Source: Pelagomonas calceolata (lineage: Eukaryota). Taken from it: 64,000 nt of DNA. The notes beneath the pieces were generated by a model. It did not search any database and was not told where the DNA came from. It saw only the letters and a list, made by a program, of their open reading frames with translations. The stretch lies in assembly GCA_918797485.1 (NCBI GenBank), contig CAKKNE010000006.1, positions 310,001-374,000 on the forward strand, written 5' to 3'. This document shows positions 43,633-56,400 of the stretch, piece after piece. Numbering within the stretch: position 1 is the stretch's first letter; every line of letters starts with the position of its first letter. Position numbers and translations under genes: made by a program.

Positions 43633-44739
43633 CTAGCACTTGCCCGCCAGCCCCTGCGCCGCGAGCTCGTCCAGGTCGTCCGTCGTCTGCACGACGATCT
43701 CGGAAGTACCGAGCTTCGTGATGTCCAGGCCCGCGGCCTTGTCCTTCTCGACCTGGGCCTTGATCCAGAAGTACGTCTTCTTGAGGCCCTCGGCGACCGG
43801 AATGCTGGGCGCCCAGCCGAGCTTCTCCTTGATCATCTGGTTGTCCGAGTTGCGCCCACGGACGCCCTCGGGGCCGGGGATGTGCTTGATGGGCAGGTTC
43901 TTGGCCTCGAACGACAAAGCTAGTTTGGCAAAATCATTCATGTCGATCATCTCGTCACTTCCTAAATTCAAAGGCTGCTCGCAGTCGCTGTCCATGATCT
44001 TCTGGATGCCCTGGACGCAGTCGTCGATGAACATGAAGGATCTAGTTTGTTTCCCGTCGCCCCACATTTCAAATTCGGTCGTCGCGCAGACGGCCTTGCG
44101 GCAGAACGCCGCCGGCGCCTTCTCGCGGCCGCCCTTCCAGGTGCCGCGCGGGCCGTAGACGTTGTGGAAGCGCGCGCACCGGAACTTGATGCCGAAGTCC
44201 CGCCCGTACACGATGCCCATCTCCTCCGCATACAACTTCTCGAGGCCGTACGTGTCCTGGGGCTTCGCCGGCCAGGCGTCGCCCTCCTTCAATCCCGGGT
44301 TCTCGGGGTCGAGCTGCAGGTCGTCGTTGTACACACACGCCGACGACGAGTAGAAGTAGCGCTTGACGCCCTTGCATCGCGCGGCCTCGAGCATGTTAAA
44401 CGAGATCATCGTGTTGTTGTACATCAATACGGACTCGTTCGACTTGATGAAGCCCATGCCGCCCATGTCCGCGGCGAGGTTGTAGACGTCCCTGCACCCG
44501 TCGCACACTCGCAGGCAATTGCTCGGGATCCGCAGGTCAGCCAGATGGAACTCGTCGCAGAACTCGGGGACCTCCATGAATTCGTTGCGCTTCCAGTCCG
44601 CGCAGATGACGTAGAATCCTTTTTTCTTCAAATCTAACGCGAGCCAGGACCCAATGAACCCGCCGCCGCCGCCGACGGCCACACAAACTTTGCCCTCCTT
44701 GCTGGCGCCGGGCGCGAGCTCGACGGGGTAGGTGGCCAT
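43633..44739 (-). CDS. GME: GDP-mannose 3,5-epimerase
   Basis: GGGGFIG, NLAADMGGMGFI, SSACVY, PQDTYGLEK, RFHNVYGP.GTWKGGREKAPAAFCRK, PEGVRGRNSDN. Confidence 0.95.
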   Translation of the reverse strand: MATYPVELAPGASKEGKVCVAVGGGGGFIGSWLALDLKKKGFYVICADWKRNEFMEVPEFCDEFHLADLRIPSNCLRVCDGCRDVYNLAADMGGMGFIKSNESVLMYNNTMISFNMLEAARCKGVKRYFYSSSACVYNDDLQLDPENPGLKEGDAWPAKPQDTYGLEKLYAEEMGIVYGRDFGIKFRCARFHNVYGPRGTWKGGREKAPAAFCRKAVCATTEFEMWGDGKQTRSFMFIDDCVQGIQKIMDSDCEQPLNLGSDEMIDMNDFAKLALSFEAKNLPIKHIPGPEGVRGRNSDNQMIKEKLGWAPSIPVAEGLKKTYFWIKAQVEKDKAAGLDITKLGTSEIVVQTTDDLDELAAQGLAGKC

Positions 44740-45247
44740 GGTCGTTTTGTCTTTGTTGGCTGCGTTTGCGGAGCTATGCGCTGCCTGTGCGGGTGGAGAT
44801 GCTGTCGGGCATTCTATTGGCTTTTTCTAGGTCGCGCGTGAGGCGCGGCGACGCAGCGTTTTTCGTGCTCGCGTTCGAAAACAGATGACCAAGGACGATT
44901 TGAGACGCCGTGCACGTTACCTACTGCAGTCTACGCTGTCAACCACGCTATAGCCAAATGCCTGAAAAAATTGCGTCGGCTAGCGTGCGGGGGTTCAGCC
45001 GGCAAATCGAGTCGTCGGCGGGTGAGGAGGCTGTACTTGCACCGATAGACAAGGCTAGCGACGCCTCAAGGGAGCTGGCCGATGACGGGAGCAGCCATAG
45101 CTTGGACTTGATGCCGCAGTCGAGGCGCCGCGTAGATAGCCGTAGCAAGCACCGCATAAGGCGCACGACGCAGGAGTGCATCTATAACAGAGAACGGCTG
45201 CACGCCAGCATCGCTGCGCAACGCAGCGCGACAGATAGACAAAAAGC

Positions 45248-45733
45248 ATGATCCTCAGGCTCAGTTGCATCGCGCTGGCGGCCGCCCTCGCGCCGACGCG
45301 GTCGACGCTCCCGCGACCAGTCTCACGAGTAGCGCGACCACCCGCGACGATGAGCCAGACCCAGAAGTCCAACAAGTCGAAACTCCAGACCATCGTCAAG
45401 GATAAAATTGAAGAGGACACGAAAACAAAAGAAGATTTAAATATCGAGGAGCCCTGGCGACTTTTGTTGCATAACGACGACGTGCACACCTTCGAGTACG
45501 TGACCTACATGATCCAGAAAATAATCCCGACGGTGTCGAACGCGAAGGCTTATCAATTGACCATGACGACGCACTGCGAGGGCGTGTCGACGGTGACGCA
45601 GACGGCCAAGCCGCTCGCGCAGAAGTACTGCGTCCAGTTGCAAAAAGGCGGCCTGACGGCGTCGATCTCGCCGGACTCGAACTTCAAGAACAACCGCGAG
45701 GGCGGCGGCGACGACGGGCCGGACACGGCGTAA
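45248..45733 (+). CDS. clpS: ClpS N-degron adaptor, probably plastid-targeted
   Basis: Signal peptide plus transit-like region; WRLLLHNDDVHTFEYV..AYQLTMTTHCEG. Confidence 0.85.
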   Translation: MILRLSCIALAAALAPTRSTLPRPVSRVARPPATMSQTQKSNKSKLQTIVKDKIEEDTKTKEDLNIEEPWRLLLHNDDVHTFEYVTYMIQKIIPTVSNAKAYQLTMTTHCEGVSTVTQTAKPLAQKYCVQLQKGGLTASISPDSNFKNNREGGGDDGPDTA

Positions 45734-45787
45734 CAAAGTACAACAATTTATAGTAGGGGGTGGGCGACGGCGTCGACGCCGTCGACC

Positions 45788-46496
45788 TCACTTCCCCCCA
45801 AGATTCAGCGACGCCACCCACCCCTCGAGCAACGCCAAGCAGGCCGCGTCTTCCAAGACCTCGACGTCCACGCCCCCGTCCCGCAACCGCTTGGCGCCGT
45901 TCCCCGCGACCCAGGGCGCCGGGTCCGACATGCCGATGACGACGCGGGCGCACCCTGCCGCGACCTGCGCGGAGCATCGTATTCACTGGAAACGGTCCGA
46001 ACGGCCTCAAATTTGGACCAGAGACCACCCACTTCATCAGAAGATGGACACGAGTCGCGTCGATGGCGTGAAAGCGCCGCAACACCTCAAAACGCGGAGA
46101 TCGCACCAGCGCGTCGCAGCACGGCGGCGTCTTCCCCACGTGCGAGCACGGCTCGAGCGTGACGTACGCCGTCGCATTCTTCAAAGAGGACGTAACGCTC
46201 CAGTGGTCCGCGTCGCCTTCCCTTTCTACGGTGGCGCCCGCGTCCCTCAGGGCAAAAATTTCCGCGTGCGGTTCTCCAGCTTTGGGATGGTAGCCGCGGC
46301 CCACTATTTTGTTGTTTTGGACGAGGACGCAGCCGACCTGGGGGTTGGGAGCCGTGGTGTCGGCGGTGACCGTCTGTGCCAAATCTAAAGCTTCGCGCAT
46401 GAAGTCGAGGTCGGCTGCAGTCGCGCGGTATTTGAGGGGCGCTTTGCGGATTGATGGGACGAGCCCGTGCGCAGCGACGAGGAGTAGGAGTCGCAT
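45788..46496 (-). CDS. ribD: Riboflavin biosynthesis pyrimidine deaminase (RibD deaminase domain only, PyrD-like). Intron 45965-46106
   Basis: PNPQVGCVLV, HAE, YVTLEPCSH.GKTPPC; after splicing DAL|VAAGCARVVIGMSDP..G..RL; stop TGA at 45788-45790. Confidence 0.88.
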
Positions 46497-46874
46497 GCCT
46501 GCGCGCGGGTTCGTGTGGCGCTGCTCTCGCGTGTTGCTCTGCTCTCGCGGATGAGATGGTGCGCTCAGCGTGGTTGTCGAACGTCGTCAGACGCAGCGGC
46601 CGTTTTGGCCGCCGTCGGGTAGAAGTCACCGAGCATCTCCACTGCTGTGGGATGTCATGCATCAGTGCGCTGCTGGGTTGTGTTGCTGCGCTGGGTGCTC
46701 GCTTTGCGGAGGGCTGCACTAGGCTGCCTGGCTGCACTGGTCACAAGCTCGTCGCAGCCGTCGCAGCGATGGCGTAATGGCGCTGCGGTGTCTTTAGCAG
46801 TGCTGTCAATGCTTCTGCACGATCACTCGCGCTCACTACTTAGTGCTAAGCTCACGTACGCTGCACCCAGGCTT

Positions 46875-46899
46875 GCTAGTGCCTTTACACACCGCTAGC
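46875..46899 (+). promoter_or_regulatory. Intergenic GCTAG..CGCTAGC motif copy, between divergent genes
   Basis: GCTAGTGCCTTTACACACCGCTAGC. Confidence 0.6.
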
Positions 46900-47045
46900 T
46901 CCGTTTAGTTTTCGCATGTTACGCAAGTTACGCAATACTTGGACGTCGCGCCCTGATTCTAGGGTGCGCGGTGGTTCCTAGGTCGACGGCTTTCGCCGTA
47001 TAAGTCACGAGCGGCGCGAAAAAAGCGGCCTAAAGTTGCTCATCC

Positions 47046-47975
47046 ATGCCTTCCCCCTTCGACAGCCTGCCGGCCGAAATCACGCAGAAATGCGTTCAAT
47101 TTCTCCCGTTTGATGTAGTGACTGGCGAGTTGAAAGCGGTATCGAAGGAGATCCGCGGGTTGGCGCGGCGCGAGTTGACGCGCGGCCGGTGGAAGCCAAT
47201 CCGATACGTGGCCGTGCAAGGACTGGCGGTCTGCGCGGCCGATGATAGCCTCCAAGAGTTTGGGCTGGGTGGATTCCCGGTGGAATTTGCGCGCGATCCT
47301 CCGCCAGCAGCGTGCGCGACCTTCCGGGAGGCGTGGGCGCTCGATCCCGCACTGGTGATCAAAGTCATTTGCGATTGGGACACCAGCGGCCTCGGAGCTC
47401 ATCTCATGGGAGTCTATCAGGGCCGTTTCCTATCGATCGTTGAGCCACCCGTTGAAGGGCTCGGAATCTATAATACTGTCTCGCGTATGGTCCCCTGTTT
47501 GGAAGCCATGTATCTCATACGCGTTTCCGATGATGCTACTCATGGAACCGTACGCGACAAGTGGAATTTCTTTCCGTTTGTGATGCTACGCGTATGGTGG
47601 ACTTTAAATCGAGGCGGGTCGCTTAACAACCCCGGAGTGTTGCGTTCGGTCCTAGGCAGCGGGCTGGAAGCTTGGTCGGACGCAGAGCTCGCGGCAAAAT
47701 TCACGGGCGAATACCTTTCATACTTAGGCTATTGGGATACCCCAGAAAATATTTATTCCTTGGCGAAAGCCTTCTCGGACGAGTGGTCGGACCGCACGAA
47801 GGCAGACGTGTACATGACGGAAATGGCGGAAGTTCGAGAGCGGATCGCGCGGCAGCCCGTCGAGGATGTCGCGCGGGAGTGGGAGGAGGAAGAAGCGCAG
47901 GAGTGGAGGGAAGCACAAGCACGGGACGACGGCGACGACGACGACGACGAGGACGACTATTACTACCCGTACTAG
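47046..47975 (+). CDS. F-box-like protein with an acidic tail
   Basis: FDSLPAEITQKCVQFLP..LKAVSKEIR. Confidence 0.65.
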   Translation: MPSPFDSLPAEITQKCVQFLPFDVVTGELKAVSKEIRGLARRELTRGRWKPIRYVAVQGLAVCAADDSLQEFGLGGFPVEFARDPPPAACATFREAWALDPALVIKVICDWDTSGLGAHLMGVYQGRFLSIVEPPVEGLGIYNTVSRMVPCLEAMYLIRVSDDATHGTVRDKWNFFPFVMLRVWWTLNRGGSLNNPGVLRSVLGSGLEAWSDAELAAKFTGEYLSYLGYWDTPENIYSLAKAFSDEWSDRTKADVYMTEMAEVRERIARQPVEDVAREWEEEEAQEWREAQARDDGDDDDDEDDYYYPY

Positions 47976-48001
47976 AACGGGGAGCATTATAAGACACTTA
48001 C

Positions 48002-49911
48002 TCATGACATGAACTTGCGAGCTCGTTCGGCCGCCTCCATCGCCGGCGACCTCGCCTTCACTATCCTATCCCCGTCCAAATCGCGCCAGCGGAAGTAGTC
48101 AGCGCTCGCATCATCGACCCAACCGACGCGCACCGAACCCCGCACGAGCTCCACGGACGTCGGGTGCTGCAGGACCACGCACTCCACTAATTCTCTATTC
48201 ACATCAAACGACAATTTCTCCAATGCCGACCGCGGCAGGGGGCAGTCCCGCAGCAAGAGCATGCGGTGCGTGTACATGTAGGCGAAGACGAGCATCAATT
48301 CGACGTCCGCGTCCGGATCATTGAGCGGTTCATCATAATACATGTCGTGCACGGCCACGACGTATTCGTCGAAGACTGTGGCAGCATCATCAGCCGCTAT
48401 CCTAACTCTAGGCATGACGCACCCGTCGATATCATCCACACCGGTCCTGTCTAGCACAAAAGGTTCTTGACCGGGCACCGTGACCGTGGCCTTCCGCCAG
48501 AAGACGCGTTTATGACCAGGAGGTACTGGTGGTAAATTGTTTCTAGGATGGAGTTGACCGTCTTCCTGATCTGCGTCGTCGACGCTCCACAAGACATCAT
48601 TACATAACTTCTCCTCCGTTTCTTTTGTGGTACGCGTTCCTAACCCACCAATCTCGGGCTCTGCCGGCTCAGCAACGGGCGGTTCCGCGACGCGGGGCCG
48701 CTTCGGCGCCTTGGGCGCGGCCTCCACCTCTTTGTGAACGTCGAACTCCTCCTCCTTATCATCGGAAATCTTCGGCCGATCCACGACTTGCAATTCACTC
48801 CTCTTGTAGGTGCCGCACCACCGCCCGCCGTCCGTGAACTTGCGGGCGCCGGCGAACTTGACCTCGTACCTCTCATTACCTTTGGCCTTCGTCACGATGC
48901 ACTCGGAACCCTCGACCTGCGTGGACATCGACCAGTGAGCCTCCACGCCATCGAGCAAACGTCGCGTCGATGGCATGGGACGCAGGAGCGGACGACGCAC
49001 TCCGTCCCGACGAAGGGATCGAAGCCGCCGCGGTACGTTATTAACAATTCCTCGGCCTTTTTCTTTCTAGTATCACTCGACGTACTCGTGGAAAAGTGCT
49101 CGAGGCAGTCTTCTGCGGTTTTATCTTCCTCAATAGTCCCGTGCCGCAGACAGGCCTCGAGCAACTGCAACAATGAGTCGAAGAACTTCGGGCTATCCAA
49201 TCCACTCCTTTTAGTTCTCTGAGACAGCTCGAGACACGCCGCGCGCCAGCAGCCGCTCCTCACGTCGTTTGATAATGATGGGGTGTTCTTGAGCGCCTCG
49301 CTCGCGCGCACCAATGTATGTATAGGGACGCCCTTCGCAACTTTTGTAATGATGTCCAACAGAGCCTCGCGGTCGTGCTTTTGTAAAGAGGCTTCCTGCC
49401 TCGCGGGCTCGGCGGACGGCGCCTGGGCAACCTTCGAGACGCGTGTTAATCCACCTCTTAAGTGTCGCGCCGCCTTCCGCAGGATCTCGTCGTCCTCGAA
49501 GGTGACCGAGGCCTCGCGCTGCAGCGGGGGCTTCGGCACGGGGGCCGTCCGCGGCTGGGCCTGCTTCCAGCGCGGCATCGGTTTCTCCTTCTCCTTCGTG
49601 AGGTCGACGACCTCCGGGGGTTTCTGCGCTCTCGGCGAGACGGGTGGCGCCGTGCTATTGTAGTGCGCGCACCACTTGGCGATGAGCGCCGAGGCCGCGT
49701 CGGCGACGGCTCGCGTCTCGTGCTTGCGGACCCTTGCTAGCTTTTTGGCTACCAACTTGATAATGTCTTTGATGGGGACCGGCAGCGCGTCTAATCGATT
49801 GAGCACGGCGAGGCAGGCTCCGTCGGAGGCGCCGTCGAGCATATCTACGAGCTTGACGCGGTCGTCCATGTCGTCGATTTGGAGTGGTCCATCGATATAC
49901 ATCAAGGCCAT
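48002..49911 (-). CDS. TFIIS N-terminal (Med26-like) domain protein. Intron ~48917-49011
   Basis: LAVLNRLDALPV..KKLARVRKH..VADAASALIAKW; a decayed-introner intron joins ORFs 48892 and 48002. Confidence 0.65.
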
Positions 49912-50273
49912 CGCTGCGGCGGCGTCGTGGCAGCGCTTCCTGGCTGCGGCTTGCTTCCTTGCTGGTTCCACGCGTCTCGCGCGGCGGTTTTGCTTGGGAG
50001 AGCCCCTGAGAGCAGCTCCTTGTTGGAGCGGTTACGGCTCCCGAGCAGCAGCGCTGACGGTTTCAGCGGCGAGGAGAGGTCGCGTGGGCCACGCGTGGAG
50101 GTCAGTTGCGTCCCGAGGCTGGTCAGCGGGCTGTGAGCGCACGGGATGGCGCTGGCTGTGCTGCCGGCACCGCCTCTGGGCTGCCCTCCTAAACCCGCAA
50201 AAAGAGCTCCAAATGGATCCCTCCGTCGCCTGCACCTGTCCTGGGGCGAATCAGAACGGTCTACGAACCCCGA

Positions 50274-50295
50274 GCTAGCGGTGTAAGACACTAGC
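50274..50295 (-). promoter_or_regulatory. Intergenic GCTAG..CGCTAGC motif copy, between divergent genes
   Basis: Minus strand GCTAGTGTCTTACACCGCTAGC. Confidence 0.6.
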
Positions 50296-50486
50296 AAACC
50301 AAGCAAAAGCCGGCCGCGTCTCACGCACGCAGCGGTTGGTGCTGCAATTCTGCTCGAACTGCTGGCTCTGGACAGTCACCACTCATACCAACCAGCGCTG
50401 GTCAAGTTCCTGCAGAGAGACCGCCGCAAGGCAAACAGGCAGCAGTTTGCTAAAAAATAAATAAATAAAACCGCGGCGCGGCGGCC

Positions 50487-53400
50487 ATGGCCGAAGCCGA
50501 GATCAGCGACTACGCCGCCGAGGCCGAAACGCTCGCGGAACGCGTCGACTGGGCCCGCGGCTCGGAACTGACCGCCGCGCTCGAGGAGCTCGAGGCCGTG
50601 AGCGCGGCCGCGCCGGCCGAGGCGGGCCCCCACGCCACCTCCGCTTTGGTGCGCTTGCTGGCGAAGAACGACTGCGGCCCCGAGGCTGCTCAAAGAGCAG
50701 TGGAGACCCTCTCCCGCCTGGCAGACAGCACAAAGCATGGCGCCGCCGCGACGAAGAACGGCGCCCTCTTCCTGAGCGACCCGAAGAACGTCGTCGTCAT
50801 CCTCGACGTGCTCGAGGAGGAGCAGCAGGAGACGTACACGATTGTGGTCGCGCTAGAATTAGTTGCGAGCTTACACAGAGACCATGCCGAAAGGTTACGA
50901 AGAGCTTTACTAGATACGCCGGCCGGAGCGGCTAGATTATTGGACAGAATAAGCGACCATAGGGACGCCGTGCGCAACGCCGCCGTCCAGCTCTGGGAGA
51001 GGCTCACGCGACCCGAAAGTGTGGAATCGAGAAGTAGTGACGACCTGCGCCTGAACTGCGCCTTCGCGGACGTCTTCGCGAAGTGCTACGCCTGTTTGGA
51101 GGATGAAGGTGATTCCGCGGCGGCTCGGGCGTGCGTCCATCTGGTCGCGAACGTTTTGAACGGGCCGCCAACGATAGTAGCGCTGTTCGACGACCACGGC
51201 TTGGCCTGGCTCGTCCCGTTGTTGGAGGTGCCGCCGTTGGATGTGGCGGCCACGGGTGACGAGGAGGTCATCGGCTCGCCGTCGACGCCTCGCAAACAGG
51301 TGGACACAGAGGCCTGTCGCGACGCGCGTCGCCTCGCGTCCGCGGCGTTGGCGGTGTTGAGAAGGTACCTAAAACGGTGCGACGATGATTCGCGACGAAG
51401 AGCCTGGGCCTTCGAGGACCTGCGGTTATCTGTGTTAACCCTTGCTCTGACGGATGACGAAGGGCGAGTGGTCGACTTGGATGCTCCCCAGCTCTACCCC
51501 GCCGGTCTCGTGAAAGATCCATCATCGGAACTATGGTGGTCCACACTCACGGATGAGTCGGCCAAGGCTCCCTCGCGAGACGACGTCCGCGCCGCGGCGT
51601 TGGAAGTCGTACAACTCAACGTAAGGGACGATCCGCAGCTATGTCTCAGTTTCTGCGACGCAAAAGCGCCCACTGATGGTCTCAGCCCACCGGCCTTTGG
51701 CGTCGCCCTGGGCATGGCTTTTAAACCAAGAACCTTCGGGCCGGCGTCCATAGCAGCCTCATCTTTGGCAGAAACGATCTGGGCCGACGAGTCCGCGGCC
51801 ATCGCCGCAGTGATGTTCGCCGTCGCGCCGCCGCCCGACGCCGAGGGCGAGAGCGCCGTGTCGTTGCTGTTAAGCGAGCTGGACAATGCCTCGGCTTTGA
51901 GCTTGTTGCGCTCATTATTGGCTCGGTCCGACGCCGTCCGCGACTTGGCCCTACGGTTGGAAGGCGGGCAGTTATTCTCAAAATTACTGGAGAAGGCCTT
52001 GACGAACGAGGACGCGTTGGCGCTGATCTGCCGCTGGCTCGACGCGTGCTCGCAGGCTTGCAGGGCTATGGTCAGAGACCCGGAGCTCCTATCAAGACTG
52101 TGTGAGGTAGAAGGGTCGAGACTGCGGGGCTTGAGCTGCCTCGCCTTGGGGTTGTGTGCGACGCACTTCGGCGACGAGGCGGGTGGCTGGTCTTCTCGTA
52201 AAGTGGCTGATTTTGTGGCCTCTACTGTTGGCTACGGTCCCTTCGCGTACCTATACCAGCGTTGTTCATTTGAGCGAGGCCGGTGACGAGACATATCCAT
52301 GAATTCCTTCGCCGAAACTATCCAACGATGTGGACACACACCTAAACAGTCGTCCGAGGCCCGTTGTCTCCACACATCCAGTAGGAATCCGTTGTTACGT
52401 CGCTGATCATCCTACACACACAGGCGCGCCTTAGATGCTCTACAAGAAGACGCCTCGACGTCCCACCGGCGACGACGGGACAAGGGTGTGGCCGAGGACG
52501 TCTTCGAGAGTGACTCCGACCTCGCGGAGTGGGTCCGACGAGCGTGCGACGCGGCGCGAGGCGTCGTCACGGCCGGCTTGGTCGGTTCAGGTGACGCTGC
52601 TAGAGACGAAGCTCTCAAACAACTCCAGGAGGAGGTCCGGCAGCTCCGTTCCCGAGAACCGGCGGTGGTTCTGGACGACGGCGCCGCGGCGAGGGAAATC
52701 GCACAGCTCAAGGCCGAGGTCGCTTCCCTAAGACAGCCTTTGGTCGAGGTCGGCGCCGAACTTTTAGGAAAGTACGCGGGCGACGGCAACTGGTACGACG
52801 TCATCGTCGAGGCTGTTTCAACAGATAGTGCGCGCGTCCGCTTCCGCGACTACGGCAACTCCGAGGACGTGGCGTTGTCGGATCTGCGAGCCAAAGGTGA
52901 TGATCGAGACGCGATTATCGCCCAACTGCGCGCGGACCTCGCGGCGCAGCCACGGAGCTCGGAAGACGCGCTCCGCGACACCGAGTTGGCTTCACTTCGG
53001 GCCGAGCTCGCTTCGTATAAAGACGCGGAGCAGCGCGCGTCGTTGCTCGAGGAGACCGTCGCGTCGCAAGCCGAGGAGATCCGTCGGTTGAGCGAGGCTT
53101 CCCAACCGGCCGACGCGTCTGCCGCGCTGCTCGAGGAGACCGTCGCCAGTCAGGCGGAGGAGATCCGCCGCCTCACTGAGGCCGCCGCGGCGCCACAGGC
53201 CGCCGCGGCGCCGCCGGCCGACGCGTCCGCGGTCTTCGGCGCGGCGCCGGCCGACGCCGCCGGTTTGTTCGGAGCGCCGCCTCCAGCCGACGACGGCGTC
53301 GTCGATGAATTAAAAAAGCGTATCGCGGAGCTCGAGGCCAGCGACGCGTCCGAGGCCCTCGCGGCGCGCGTCGCGGAAGCAGCACAATTACAGCGACGTG

Positions 53401-56400
53401 TCAAGGCCCTGGAAGAAGAGAACAGCGCCACATCTAGCGCATTGGAGGAGGCCAACGAACGCCTCCAGACGGAGCGCGCCGCGCGCAAGGCCAACGAGGC
53501 GACTCTACTGTCAGAAACGCAGCAACCAATGGTAGACAAGTCGCGAAGGGTCCGCCGGAAGCTCCGGAAGCAGACGTCGAACTTTTCGAGGACGATGAAT
53601 GAATTATTTGATATTAGTGATTCTATACTAGGTGAGCTCCAAGCTCATGAGGAGGACGACAGTGGCGACGAGGACGAGCGCGTGCTCGAGTCATTGAGGG
53701 AGAAGCTGCCGCAGGCGGTGGATGCCGTCGTCGCTCGCAAAGTACAAGAAGTGCGCGCACCGCTCGAGGCCCAGCGCGACGAAGCTAAAAAAGAATGCGA
53801 CTCGGCTGTTGATGATTTGGCGGACCTCGAGGAAAGGTTATTTGGGGCCGAGAAGCGTCTGCAGGAGGCCGAGGCTTCTGCAGCGCAGCGGCAAGCGGCT
53901 GACAACGCCGACGAGGACGTCGTGCAGGCTCTGGTGCAGGAACGCGATTTGTTGAAAGATCGAGTGAGGGAGTTAGACAGTGAACCGGCGAAGTGGGAGG
54001 AGCGCCTCGCTTCTCTAGAAGAGCGGTTGCGCGACGCTTCCGCGGAGCGCGACACGCTCCGGGAGGAGGTCGCGAACGCCTCGACGGAGCGCGACGCGCT
54101 CCGAGACGGGCTGCGCCGCGTCGCCGCGGAGGCGGACGCGGGCAAAGGCTACGAGGCCCAGCTGGAGGCCCTTCGATTGAAACATGAAGCGGATAAAGCG
54201 GAAGCGGTCAAGGAGCGGGAGGCATCCAGAGCTGCTTATTTCGTCGAGCTTGAACAGGCTTCGAAAAAAGTCGCGGCGCTGGAACAGGCTCTCGCGGACG
54301 CGAAGGAGCGGGAGGCGTCGCTGGACGAGGCCGTGGGCACTAGTGTAGACGCCGAGATCCTGAGGGCCGAGAACGCGCGGCTGACGGAGGCGCTGGCGGC
54401 GCGGGCGGGCGGCGACGCGGACGGCGACGCGCTCCGCGCTCGCTGTGCGGAGCTCGAGGCGTTGGTCCGGAGCGCGGGCGACGAGGCGCGCGCCGAGGCG
54501 GTGGCGCTGCGGCGCGAGCGCGACGACGCCTTACAACGGCTTGCGGCTGGCGACGCCGACGCGGGCCGGCAGCTCGCCGAGGCTGTGTCCGCGCGCGACG
54601 ACGCGCTCCAAAAGCTCGCGGCCAACGATGCGGACGCCGGTGCGCGGCTCGCCGAGGCGACGCAGGCGCGCGACGAGGCTGTAGCTGCCGCGGCCTTCGC
54701 GAAGACTAGTGCCGAGAGGCAGCTCCAGGAGCTCGCCGCGGCCTCCGAGCAACGCGAAGCTTTGTCACAACAATGCGAGGCGGACCGCGCGGCCCTGAAT
54801 GAAGCCATACGAGCGAGGGACCAGGCGGTGAGTGACGTCAAGTCCATCCTCGAGGAGTTCGAAGGGTTGAGACGCGAGGCGGCGGCCGTGGCGGCCGAGC
54901 GCGACGCCCTGAAGAACGACGCCGCCGAGGCGCGGACGACGTGCGCTTCACTAGCCGGCGAGCGCGATGCGCTGAAGAATGACGCCGCCGACGCCCAGAG
55001 ACTGAGAACGCAGTGCGCATCACTAGAGGAGGCCCAGCGCGCCTCGACTCAAAAACTCGAGGACGAGCGCCGTCGAGCCGCTTCGTTAGAAAGAGAACTA
55101 GACCGCACGGAGACGGAGTCGCGCACCACGTTGGACGCTCTTGAGAGAAGAGTGCAGAAAGTGGATAGGCAGGCGGTCATCGCCGAAGAAAGGTCCGCGC
55201 TTGAGGTCGAGACGCTGCGCAAGGACGTGTCGCGCCTGAAGAGGGCCAAGGCCAAGTCCGATGAAAAGTGCGCGAAGCTCGAGAACGCCTCGTCGCAGCG
55301 CGAGGGTCTGATGAAGAAGGCGACGAAGGAGGCGTCGCAGTTATCTTCAAGGTTACAGACCGTCGAGGCGCAGATCGAGGAGCGGTCTCGTGTGATCGAG
55401 CAGCTCCGGGCTGCTGCGTCCCAGTGGGAGCGACGGGCGCTGGACGCCGAGGCGTCGTCGGCGCATGAGGAAAGGGAGCTCGAGCAGGAAGCTTTGGAAG
55501 CTCTGAGGAGTACCGCGAATGAAGATGCCGCGGCTCGCCTCGAGGCGGAGAGCGAGCGCGACGCGCTGCGGGAGGAGCTCGCTTCCATACGACAAGCGCA
55601 TGAGAGCGCCTTGCAGGATTTGCGGTCCGCGTGCGAGCGAGACGTGACCGAGGCGGAAAGTGCGCGGCGGTCGCTCGCGGACGATATCCAGGCCGTCGAG
55701 GCGCGGGTCGCCGAGGCCGACCGGCGCTGCGTCGGCGCCGAGGAGGCGGCCGCGGCGCTGTCGAGGGACATCGACGAGGAGCGCGCGCGCGCGGTCGCCG
55801 CCGACGCGCTCGTGGCCGAGCGCGACGCGGCGCTTGCGGCTTTGCGCGACGAGGTCGCCGCGTTGCAAAGCAATAGCAGTGACGACATCGCCGTCGGCGC
55901 CGAGCTCTCCGGCAAGTTTTCTGGGGACGGCCAGTACTACGATGTGGTTGTCGAAGAGGTGACGGACAGCGGCTACAAGGTCTTGTTTACGGAGTATGGT
56001 AATAGTGAAGAACTACCCCGTGAAGATCTCAAGCAACGCGACACCAGCAAGGCCATGAAAGAACTAGAAATACGCTGTTCAGAGGCCGAGGCGCGAGCCG
56101 ATCGCGCGGAGGCGGCTCTGCTGGAAAATTTCGACGACAGTGAGTCGGATGCGGGCGACACGCTCCAGGAGTGGCGGGAACGGTGTCTGCGGGCGGAGGA
56201 CGCTTATGCCGCGATGCAGAAGGACGGCATGCGAGATAAGTTGGAAGCTCAAGAGCGGATCACCGCGGAACTTCACGCGAAACTCGCTGATGCGGACCAA
56301 CGATATAAAGCGGAGTTATCGATGAGAGAAGAAGCCGAAGCTGTGGTGGAGGAGCTGCAGACGCGGCCGCGGACGGGAACGGCGCTTGACGAGTTAGCTG

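Noticed and set aside
43633..46496. GME, ClpS and ribD as a vitamin biosynthesis cluster
   Set aside because: Different pathways and compartments; adjacency is expected by chance in a gene-dense genome
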